From a virus (Duplodnaviria; Heunggongvirae; Uroviricota; Caudoviricetes): 64,000 nt of DNA. Location of the stretch: the IMG/VR virus record IMGVR_UViG_3300021400_000932. One strand, given 5' to 3'. A program made the translations under genes and the position numbers. This document shows, piece after piece, positions 56,322 through 63,877 of the stretch (position 1 is its first letter; the number at the start of each line of letters is the position of its first letter). The notes under the pieces are model-generated. The model did not search any database. It saw only the letters and a list, made by a program, of their open reading frames with translations, and was not told the origin of the DNA.

Positions 56322-57884
56322 TTACACAAAGTCGCGAATCTTTTCATCAACAAGTGAATACCGTTCGCTGTTGAGAGTTTCAACTAAGCAATCATATGGG
56401 TCAGTCTGCCCATTCATAACCATCTTGCAGATGTTGACAGAGAAACCACTTACAAGGACAACACCCATTTCATTCTCAATCATGGGGATTGTACCGGTTC
56501 TGGAATTCACATTCCAGAAGATAAGTCTCGGTAACTTGTAGCCATTTGCATTATATTTCCAAGCAATTTCTTTGAATAAAGATTTGCCGGCCATAGAGCC
56601 AAGTCGCACAAAGTCACCAGTGTAGTTAGTGCGGGCGCACTCATCAAACTCCATATCGGAGATAATCACAATATTCTTAGGCATATCTTCCTGTGACATA
56701 TGTGAATTTATCGCAGTACGGAGAATGAGATTGAATACCGCTTCGATGTTGGTGTTAGAACACTCGGTATGCTGAAAAGCGATACGCAACTTGTCTAACA
56801 GAGATGAGTCCTCATTGAAGTGGACGAACTGCGGATTCATTGAGAACGTGATGTAGTTGTTCTTGAACTCACCGGAACAGCGTTCAGAGAAATAAATCGC
56901 GAGAGCATTTGCCACATCAAGGGCAGATATGTTAGACTTGCCGATGCAATCAGTCATAGAACCGGAACCATCAGCGACTACCAAAGTATTACCGCAACCA
57001 TCTACCGCATCCGGAAGTGCTTTCCACAAGGACTCTAAGCCCTCGTCATAGTGACCTAATGACTCATTCCAACGAGTGTGGGTGCAGTACTTAGCTACGA
57101 TGTCATGCGGATACAAAGTACCGGCATTGATTTTAGCTTCACCATTCTCAACCGCAGCCAGGAACTGCTGACGACGAGCTTCATCGTTTCTGAGGAATGC
57201 CTGATTGTATATAAGGTTAGCACGAGAGGGGACCTTAGAATAGTCAATCTCCGACCAATCGTTTGCGGACATCTTCACCTCAACGACGTCGATATACTTA
57301 CGGAGCTTTGCAACCCACTTTCTGTATTCGGATGGCTTCATACCAAGATGATTGTAAACCATCTTAGCATACTTCTTAGTTATTTCAGAAGATGCGTTTA
57401 CAGAGGGCAACCACTTAGCCAAAAGTGACACAGACCCACCGCTAGACATAGAAACAACATCTTCATCCAACTGTTTCTTGACAAAATCAAGAACCGGTTC
57501 ACGGAATGCAGGCTCATCCAAAAGCACCCAAAGGTCATCATAACGACCGTACTCAGGAACGAGTGAGATAAGCGAAATTACCATATTGGGATTCTCGTCC
57601 GCAAGGAACTTGAACGCCGAACGGAACAGGTTTCTCTCACCGAGTCCACCGCGAACATCTCTCGCATAGAACAGCCAAAGCACAGCAAGACGCTTATTCT
57701 CCAAATAGGCATTTCTGAACTTGACCGCAATATCATAGTCGGATGCTTTGCGGAGAGATGCCACAGAGAAGTTGAGGTCAAGCAAAGATTTGCCGGTTGT
57801 GCGATAACCTACCGCACCGTTCTCAGTATAAGAAGTGTTGTAGTTATCCAGTAACTCATTTTTCATTGCTTCCATAAAACTCAT
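56322..57884 (-). CDS. DUF2828-type protein: helical N-terminal domain + vWA/MIDAS domain (Ro60/TROVE-like architecture)
   Basis: TENGA, RDVRGGLGER, PEYGRYDDL, SLLAKWLPS, VVADGSGSM, NTN, IISDMEFD and IFWNV. Confidence 0.8.
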   Translation of the reverse strand: MSFMEAMKNELLDNYNTSYTENGAVGYRTTGKSLLDLNFSVASLRKASDYDIAVKFRNAYLENKRLAVLWLFYARDVRGGLGERNLFRSAFKFLADENPNMVISLISLVPEYGRYDDLWVLLDEPAFREPVLDFVKKQLDEDVVSMSSGGSVSLLAKWLPSVNASSEITKKYAKMVYNHLGMKPSEYRKWVAKLRKYIDVVEVKMSANDWSEIDYSKVPSRANLIYNQAFLRNDEARRQQFLAAVENGEAKINAGTLYPHDIVAKYCTHTRWNESLGHYDEGLESLWKALPDAVDGCGNTLVVADGSGSMTDCIGKSNISALDVANALAIYFSERCSGEFKNNYITFSMNPQFVHFNEDSSLLDKLRIAFQHTECSNTNIEAVFNLILRTAINSHMSQEDMPKNIVIISDMEFDECARTNYTGDFVRLGSMAGKSLFKEIAWKYNANGYKLPRLIFWNVNSRTGTIPMIENEMGVVLVSGFSVNICKMVMNGQTDPYDCLVETLNSERYSLVDEKIRDFV

Positions 57885-57926
57885 TTTTTTCTTTCCTCCC
57901 TATTGGAATTATTTTAGTATCCTCAC

Positions 57927-57993
57927 AAGACGCATTGTAATTAATTCTTTTAAGCGTAAAGAAGATTCCAATGAAATTTGCTGTTAGCGTCTT
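57927..57993 (-). ncRNA. UAACAGCAA helix motif, free copy A
   Basis: AAGACGC-UAACAGCAA ... AAU-GCGUCUU. Confidence 0.7.
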
Positions 57994-58012
57994 TAAGGGA
58001 TGTATCTCAAAC

Positions 58013-58069
58013 AAGACACATTATGTCAGAGTTACCCAAAATCTGTTGTAAATTTGCTGTTAGTGTCTT
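58013..58069 (-). ncRNA. UAACAGCAA helix motif, free copy B
   Basis: AAGACAC-UAACAGCAA ... AAU-GUGUCUU, with a compensatory change relative to copy A. Confidence 0.7.
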
Positions 58070-58079
58070 TTATTGAGAT

Positions 58080-58216
58080 TGGAGCGTGGGGACAGGCCTC
58101 GAACCTGCATCTCCGGCTTGGAATGCATTTCTCTGTATAAGGTCATTGCTGTTAGGGATTTTATCAAACCCCATTGAAAAAATTTACGGTGTCCTAACCA
58201 ATTAGACGACCCACGC
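58080..58216 (-). ncRNA. tRNA-scaffolded RNA 1 (motif replaces the anticodon loop)
   Basis: GCGUGGG/CCCACGC acceptor + UCCA, D and T arms; insert AAU-GGGGUUU-GAUA-AAAUCCC-UAACAGCAA. Confidence 0.75.
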
Positions 58217-58221
58217 ATATA

Positions 58222-58346
58222 TGGTGCCGAGGGCAGGATTCGAACCTGCGACACGAGGGCTTTTAACCCATAGCGAAAATTGCTGTTAGTGTTTTTTGAC
58301 AAAACACATTTACATCCTCTGCCTCTTCCAACTGGGCTACCTCGAC
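58222..58346 (-). ncRNA. tRNA-scaffolded RNA 2 (motif replaces the anticodon loop)
   Basis: GUCGAGG/CCUCGGC acceptor + ACCA, GCAGG-UUCGAAU-CCUGC T arm; insert AAU-GUGUUUU-GUCAA-AAAACAC-UAACAGCAA. Confidence 0.75.
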
Positions 58347-58406
58347 ATATCAACTTTTTTGTAGGTTCATGTTCAAAGTACAGAACCTGTAGAAACTTCT
58401 AATACA

Positions 58407-58416
58407 TATAACGATT
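58407..58416 (-). promoter_or_regulatory. Class A promoter motif heading the RNA + DUF2828 operon
   Basis: AATCGTTATA about 60 nt upstream of tRNA-scaffolded RNA 2. Confidence 0.6.
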
Positions 58417-58427
58417 GTGAAAATGAA

Positions 58428-58913
58428 TTATTTGGTTAAGATTGGAGATATGAGATTTCCCCATTCATTAACAGATAACATTTCTCCTGATACAAGCGTC
58501 TGTTCACAGACAGTGGTGATATCTCGGTAAACTGAGAACAATCTGTCTACCATATCATCCGTAATTTCGAAATCTGGATATCTGTCCGGATTCATAGAAC
58601 GAGCATTCCAAAGCTGATACATTATCAAATTGTTTCTCGCATCTTCTTTGTCATCACCGAAATACCCGAATAAGGAATCCTCATAATCCCTTGCTTTCAG
58701 ACGAGATTTACATTTTAATGTATTTGCTCGTTGTAGCCATACGGCAATTTCATGTACCCAATGAGGTAAAGTAGATGACAAAGAATCTCTGTACACAACA
58801 CATTCTATAATATGACGATTGATAACATCAGATAGTGCTACAAGCCGATTTAAAACTACTTTTCTGGACTGCGACATCGCAAAAATATTGTCTGCTCGAA
58901 TATATCGTTTCAT
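58428..58913 (-). CDS. Hypothetical protein with MKRYIRA N-terminus (putative head-packaged protein)
   Basis: GAGGTGA RBS before ATG 58913; the longer start in the ORF track lies inside tRNA-Ala. Confidence 0.6.
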   Translation of the reverse strand: MKRYIRADNIFAMSQSRKVVLNRLVALSDVINRHIIECVVYRDSLSSTLPHWVHEIAVWLQRANTLKCKSRLKARDYEDSLFGYFGDDKEDARNNLIMYQLWNARSMNPDRYPDFEITDDMVDRLFSVYRDITTVCEQTLVSGEMLSVNEWGNLISPILTK

Positions 58914-58936
58914 AATATTCTCACCTCGACAGTATT

Positions 58937-59012
58937 TGGTGGAGCTAAAGGGAGTCGAACCCTTGACCTTTTGCTTGCAAAGCAAATGCTCTTCCAGTTG
59001 AGCTATAGCCCC
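58937..59012 (-). tRNA. tRNA-Ala(UGC)
   Basis: Cloverleaf, G3:U70, CCA. Confidence 0.93.
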
Positions 59013-59113
59013 ATATTGTATTGTTATGCAGCTTTCGTGTTTTTAGTCATAAGGCGCGAACATAAAGTTACTGCTTACCCTATGCAAGAGGTGAAAACTG
59101 CAAATCACTCTTG

Positions 59114-59189
59114 TGGCTGGGATAAGTGGGTTCGAACCACCGAATGTGCGGGTCAAAGCCGCATGCGTTAACCGCTTCGCCATATCCCA
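59114..59189 (-). tRNA. tRNA-Gln(UUG)
   Basis: Cloverleaf, U1-A72, loop CUUUGAC, GCCA end. Confidence 0.92.
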
Positions 59190-59228
59190 TCGAAACCGAA
59201 GTAACTCTGCTATAGTCATTCGGCAATG

Positions 59229-59585
59229 TCAATGAATCTTAACAAGATAATCTATGTATATTCTCACCCTTGGGGCTAAGGAATATACATGCTTTTCTAC
59301 CCACACAGCAGTAGGTCGCCGGTGTGCTGTACCACAAGTTTTCCGCATATCCTTATAGTGGTCATCACAAAAATCGAGCTTACCAAGTCGCTTGGTTGCT
59401 AATCTGTTACACATAGGACATTTTCTTGTATGTTTCAACCTTACCAACCCCTTTATTAAAAGAAACCGAGCCATAGGACTCACACCTATGGGAACAACAT
59501 CCGGATTTGGTCTGCGCAGCCCCGTGCCGGAAAGCCTTTTAGCTAATTTCTGTAGGCTTGAACAGTTAATGTGTTGTTTTTTCAT
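59229..59585 (-). CDS. Basic Zn-finger hypothetical protein
   Basis: CPMC..FCDDH. Confidence 0.5.
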   Translation of the reverse strand: MKKQHINCSSLQKLAKRLSGTGLRRPNPDVVPIGVSPMARFLLIKGLVRLKHTRKCPMCNRLATKRLGKLDFCDDHYKDMRKTCGTAHRRPTAVWVEKHVYSLAPRVRIYIDYLVKIH

Positions 59586-59613
59586 ACTTCATACTTTTAA
59601 GGGACTTTCTTTT

Positions 59614-59692
59614 TGGTCGAGTTGTTGGGGGATTCGAACCCACACCTCCGCCCCCACTCAGGGCAGCATGCTACCTATTACACCATCACTCT
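59614..59692 (-). pseudogene. Degenerate tRNA (anticodon not assignable)
   Basis: GGGUUCGAAUCCC T-loop, D arm and ACCA end, but irregular acceptor stem and anticodon loop. Confidence 0.55.
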
Positions 59693-59819
59693 AATCCCTG
59701 CCACACTGTTCCAGCATTGTACGGATGCTTTTGAAACAGGTTGTACGTTGTGGCATACTCCATATGGCTTTATACTCACCACTCGGTTTACAATTAATAT
59801 AACGATTGTAAAAATCAAA

Positions 59820-60761
59820 TTATGCTCTTAGTGCAGCCCAAGCAGCACTTGTCGCAAGTTCATCACAGCGTTCATTGTATTTGATGCCGGAATGACCCTT
59901 TACCCAAATTGGGTTTACTTTGTGAATCTCGCATAGGGATAGAAGTTTATCCCACAAATCCGGATTCAGTGCCGGACCTGTCGCACGTTGCCAACCATTG
60001 GCTTTCCAAGACTTAGCCCATCCGAGCTTCAAGGAATTGCAGACATACTTACTATCTGAATACAGATTCACCTTGCAGGGTTCTTTCAGAATAGACAAGG
60101 CTTCTATTACAGCAGACAACTCCATTCGGTTATTCGTGGTTCCGGCGTCGCCACCGAAAATCTCCTTCTCATGTCCATTGTAAATTAAAACAGCAGCCCA
60201 ACCGCCAGGTCCAGGGTTTCCGATGCAAGCACCATCCGTGTATATTTCCACAGTACGCATTTTCTTTTCAGGCTCATTGGATTTCTTAGCCCCTGTTTTA
60301 TTATCAAACAAGACTTTAGCCTCAGAATGCGCAGTTTTACTACATCGCTGGATATAGTGATTATTTTGTACCCAAAATGCTTTAACGGTATGCGTCTCAC
60401 ATAAAGAAAAGAGCTTATTCCACAAGTCTATATTTTCAGACAGTTTAATGTTTCTTTTGCGAAATGAAATACCGCCTCTCGGTTTCCACTTTGTAGCAGA
60501 AAGGTGTCTACTCGCCGGTTTACCATATGTGAATGAATTACAGAGGTACTGATTAGAGGAATACAACTTAACTTTGCATGGTTCTTCTAATTCTGATAAA
60601 GCAGCAATAACCGCAACTAACTGCATACGATTATTAGTTGTGCGATTACTGCTACCAAAAATCTCTTTTTCTTGACCATCTTGAATCAATATTGCACACC
60701 AGCCACCAGAAGCCGTTCGGTTAATACAAGAACTACCGACATAAAGTTTCACGGTTTTCAT
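59820..60761 (-). CDS. rnhA: Ribonuclease HI with two tandem RNase H domains (first degenerate)
   Basis: Domain 2: YTDGAC, NNRMEL, YSDS, VKGH..NERCD; domain 1: YVGSSC, NNRMQL, YSSN. Confidence 0.88.
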   Translation of the reverse strand: MKTVKLYVGSSCINRTASGGWCAILIQDGQEKEIFGSSNRTTNNRMQLVAVIAALSELEEPCKVKLYSSNQYLCNSFTYGKPASRHLSATKWKPRGGISFRKRNIKLSENIDLWNKLFSLCETHTVKAFWVQNNHYIQRCSKTAHSEAKVLFDNKTGAKKSNEPEKKMRTVEIYTDGACIGNPGPGGWAAVLIYNGHEKEIFGGDAGTTNNRMELSAVIEALSILKEPCKVNLYSDSKYVCNSLKLGWAKSWKANGWQRATGPALNPDLWDKLLSLCEIHKVNPIWVKGHSGIKYNERCDELATSAAWAALRA

Positions 60762-60775
60762 CCGGCTACCTCACC

Positions 60776-61288
60776 TTAACCAAAACATTCAAGATTATAG
60801 TTATTATGGATTACATAGTCAAAAAGAAATTCATCATAGGCGATGCTGTGACTATCTCGTTTATCCAGATACTCTTTTGATATGTTGTCCCGTTTAAGAA
60901 CATGTTCAACTCGTTCATCATTATCGGACTTTATGAGTATTTTCACATCACAGAGTCGGAAATACTTGGTATGCGGTAAAAGAATCCAATCAATAATAAC
61001 ATTCTCATTACTATTGATAGCGGTATCTATGTAATCACACATAGTATCCCAAATAAGATTAGTCAACAGACTTTTCTTCTGTCGGTTGCTAAATACCAAA
61101 TCACCAAGCACTTTTCTGTCGGCATTGGCTACATCCTCACCAAAGGCATCTGAGATAGCCTGGTGGATGTCCGGTCGTTCTAAAACGGTGTGCGCGATGT
61201 CATCTACATTAATTAGAGTATATCCTTTGAATAATTTAGATAGGGTAGTTTTGCCTACTCCGCTTTTTCCAGTTATTCCGATAATCAT
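60776..61288 (-). CDS. coaE: Dephospho-CoA kinase
   Basis: IIGITGKSGVGKTT, VDDIAH, DRKVLGDLVF. Confidence 0.8.
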   Translation of the reverse strand: MIIGITGKSGVGKTTLSKLFKGYTLINVDDIAHTVLERPDIHQAISDAFGEDVANADRKVLGDLVFSNRQKKSLLTNLIWDTMCDYIDTAINSNENVIIDWILLPHTKYFRLCDVKILIKSDNDERVEHVLKRDNISKEYLDKRDSHSIAYDEFLFDYVIHNNYNLECFG

Positions 61289-61776
61289 TCAGCATCACAC
61301 CTCTTCAGTATAGAAATATCAGCAGGGAGATAATCATGTTCTACATCTCCATTGCTTATTCCAGAGGATAACAAACCCTTAACCAGAGATGAGGATATTT
61401 TATCAAACCTGGATTTGAAGTAAATTAAATCAACCGAAGGACATACGGCTTTGTAGAAATCCGCTATCTTCTCTTCATATAAATAGTCAGAAGTGTTTCT
61501 CAGACCACGGATTACAAACTCACAGTTATGTTCCTCTGCATAAAGACTTGCCGGAACATCAGACACATCAACAGAAACAACATCATCATAGCACTTCCAA
61601 GCGATTGCATGCTCAATGAATTCCTTACAAGACTCAACAGTATAGGTTCTTTTCTTTGTAGGGTTGTTTTGCACCACAATGATAATTCTATCGAAAATTT
61701 TAATAGCCTGGTCGATTATATCCAAATGACCTTTTGTGAACATATCAAAACTTCCGGAATATACTGCGCTTACCAT
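61285..61776 (-). CDS. coaD: Phosphopantetheine adenylyltransferase
   Basis: YSGSFDMFTKGHLDII, NPTKK, IRGLRNTSDYLYE, ISSSLVK. Confidence 0.87.
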   Translation of the reverse strand: MVSAVYSGSFDMFTKGHLDIIDQAIKIFDRIIIVVQNNPTKKRTYTVESCKEFIEHAIAWKCYDDVVSVDVSDVPASLYAEEHNCEFVIRGLRNTSDYLYEEKIADFYKAVCPSVDLIYFKSRFDKISSSLVKGLLSSGISNGDVEHDYLPADISILKRCDAE

Positions 61777-61811
61777 AAATCTGTCACCCCCCGTTGTCCA
61801 TACAAAAATAA

Positions 61812-61918
61812 GCAGGAGGAAGGGTATGACCCCCGCTTGCGCCTAGCCATCACTAATGTTACTTGCTTATTAGTACGATATACACAAGTAGACAAGCAAT
61901 GGACTTACAGCCTCCTGC
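61812..61918 (-). ncRNA. 107-nt tRNA-like RNA, copy 2
   Basis: Same GCAGGAG/CUCCUGC stem, GGCRCAAGCGG segment and length as copy 1. Confidence 0.55.
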
Positions 61919-61923
61919 AGATG

Positions 61924-62206
61924 TGGTGGACAGTAACTGCACGTATGTAACCTGTCCTCTCGCCGAAATTACAACTCGGTCGATTTTACTTGCTCTCTTC
62001 CATGCCGCCGAACCAAGCTCGGGGGCGTGCAAGCAGTTCTCCCCTTTGTGCATCCAGTTCGACACATTCTCTTCTGGAAGCACCCTACCGGCATATGCAT
62101 CAAGGCATTTGACGCCGGTGCCGCTATCGCTTGTGACCACCTATTGTTCTTATAGGCAGGCACACCTCTCAGCGATACGGCTTCATTACTATTCGCCATA
62201 CGGCGA
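61924..62206 (-). ncRNA. Unassigned multi-hairpin structured RNA ending in a CCA minihelix
   Basis: Several GC-rich stems; terminal GGACAG/CUGUCC-ACCA. Confidence 0.5.
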
Positions 62207-62279
62207 TGGTGGGAAGTATCGGGTATGACCTCGATTCCTCTATCCTTCGGATAGCATACTACTATATACGAACTTTCCC
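62207..62279 (-). ncRNA. 73-nt tRNA-shaped RNA lacking an anticodon loop
   Basis: GGGAAAGU/ACUUCCC-ACCA, CUAUCC-GAA-GGAUAG arm, AUCG..GGUCAUACC..CGAU arm. Confidence 0.5.
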
Positions 62280-62282
62280 ATA

Positions 62283-62735
62283 TGGTGGACCAGACGGGAA
62301 TCGAACCCGTGTCCACAATTCATACTCAAATTAACCATTCTTACGCAATAGATTGATTCTGCTGATAGTCCGAACAATCAAACGTTGATTTCATTTATCG
62401 GCTATGCCGAAAGGTCGTCAGATACCTTTTTGGAGATGTAAAAGTTACATCACTCCACCACTTACTTTTACGGAGAAGTAAGAAACTCGGAATCCCGTTT
62501 CAAAGCTGACGAGGAACTTACCATTCTATAGTCGAGTTCAAAGTTCACCGGATGGCAGGTAATCGAACTATCCTTAAAAAGCTATCAAGCAGCAACTCTC
62601 TCAGAGAGAACAGCGGTGAAAGCAGGATGGAAAGTAACAACTTTATTGTCGTTTATTTGAGTTTGCCCCATAAGGCGGTAGCACACCTGCGTGGTTTAAT
62701 TCTTTCAAAACCATGTCGAAAACCTTTGCTGGCCC
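62283..62735 (-). ncRNA. ssrA: tmRNA
   Basis: GGGCCAG/CUGGUCC-ACCA acceptor with G3:U, 5' GGUUUUCGAC, T arm GGGUUCGAUUCCC; tag ORF 62585-62650 (A)DNKVVTFHPAFTAVLSERVAA followed by TGA TAG. Confidence 0.9.
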
Positions 62736-63126
62736 ATATGATATCGGCATTGTCGATGGGTGATGACCGATAAACACCACCCATCTCAGCCTTAGAACAA
62801 GTACCGACTTTCTCCTAGGTATCGGGTATGGGTTTTTCTTTTCCACCTCTCACAGCGCTAAGATTTCTGGGTTTCGTAATGCTGTAAGTCACTTGAAACC
62901 CATATCTGTTTTCGGCTACCATCTATTCAAGTTTTCCTGTTTCTCGCCGGAGCTTCATTTTTCAGGCAGGTACTACCACGTAAACAGCACGCTCGGATTA
63001 ATAGTGAAACCCTTGTTCTGAGGTTTCAGTTTCATCCTTGTGGTAATGACTGGGCGGAGTAAATAGCTCAGAAGGTGGCAACTACTAATGCTAAGACTTG
63101 CGTGTGGCAACTTCCGCCCAGCCACA

Positions 63127-63203
63127 TGGTACGGATGACAGGATTTGAACCTGCGACATCTTGGTCCCAAACCAAGCGCTCTGCCAAACTGAGCCACATC
63201 CGT
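63127..63203 (-). tRNA. tRNA-Pro(UGG)
   Basis: Cloverleaf, loop UUUGGGA, CCA. Confidence 0.9.
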
Positions 63204-63223
63204 ATATATCATCTTCTGATTTA

Positions 63224-63233
63224 TATAACGATT
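63224..63233 (-). promoter_or_regulatory. Class A promoter motif heading the tRNA-Pro/tmRNA transcript
   Basis: ATTTCGATTTTACAATCGTTATA. Confidence 0.6.
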
Positions 63234-63268
63234 GTAAAATCGAAATTTTGATATTTCTTATATATTGG

Positions 63269-63877
63269 TCATTTGTCCACAAAAATGTTGGATTTTAATA
63301 CACAGTAAGGACGAATACCGCAAAAGCTATCCATAGCTTCACTTCCGACAGAACCACCCTCAGATACACACATCACAGTATATGTATATCCATGTTCCGG
63401 TGTGCTGTATGCGGTAGCTAAAAACCAAGAACCATTCGGTTTAAACTCATCTAAGATATAAACATATCTTCGGTACTGGTCAGCAGTCAAAAGAGAAACC
63501 TTTCGGTTAATTGTACCGTAATCAGTTAAACCATCATTAGCTGTTAAATCAATATCATGTGATAAAATATTATCTTTCCCAATTACTGCACTTAGCTCTT
63601 CTGCGAAATTATTGCAAATATCATCAGCATTAGAACCATCATAATTGCTGGTCATAGAACTAAAAGGATAAAAACCAAGGACATCTTTTAAGGCAACAGC
63701 AGTAAGTTCAGCACCCTTGTCAAGAACAACAAATTCATGATTATAAATTTTGAATGTTCCTCCAATAGGAATAGATGATAATTCAACTCCACCCAAATGT
63801 AGGATTTCTTCAATTTTAGTAGCCTGGTATTCGGTCAACTTGATTACTTGTCCATACTTATTGATATATTCGCTCAT
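63269..63877 (-). CDS. Hypothetical protein (DUF6273-like)
   Basis: SNYDGS..KVSLLT..YR..WFLAT..GIRP pattern. Confidence 0.6.
   Translation of the reverse strand: MSEYINKYGQVIKLTEYQATKIEEILHLGGVELSSIPIGGTFKIYNHEFVVLDKGAELTAVALKDVLGFYPFSSMTSNYDGSNADDICNNFAEELSAVIGKDNILSHDIDLTANDGLTDYGTINRKVSLLTADQYRRYVYILDEFKPNGSWFLATAYSTPEHGYTYTVMCVSEGGSVGSEAMDSFCGIRPYCVLKSNIFVDK

Noticed and set aside
57927-58310. TTGCTGTTAG repeats as a CRISPR or mini-CRISPR array
   Set aside because: The invariant core is only about 10 nt, spacing is irregular, the flanks covary as RNA helices, two copies sit inside tRNA bodies, and no cas genes are present.
58080-58346. tRNA inserts as group I or archaeal-type introns
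   Set aside because: They are too short for group I, no clear bulge-helix-bulge is visible, no simple excision gives a canonical anticodon arm, and the same motif occurs outside tRNAs.
61924-62279. RNase P RNA
   Set aside because: GGGAAAGUUCG only loosely resembles GAGGAAAGUCC and is better explained as an acceptor-like stem; the 3' P4 consensus was not found.
61859-63282. Short ORFs in the ORF track across the tmRNA/tRNA region (also 58060-58353 and 54590-55754)
   Set aside because: They overlap tRNA, tmRNA or structured RNA elements and lack an RBS or protein-like composition.
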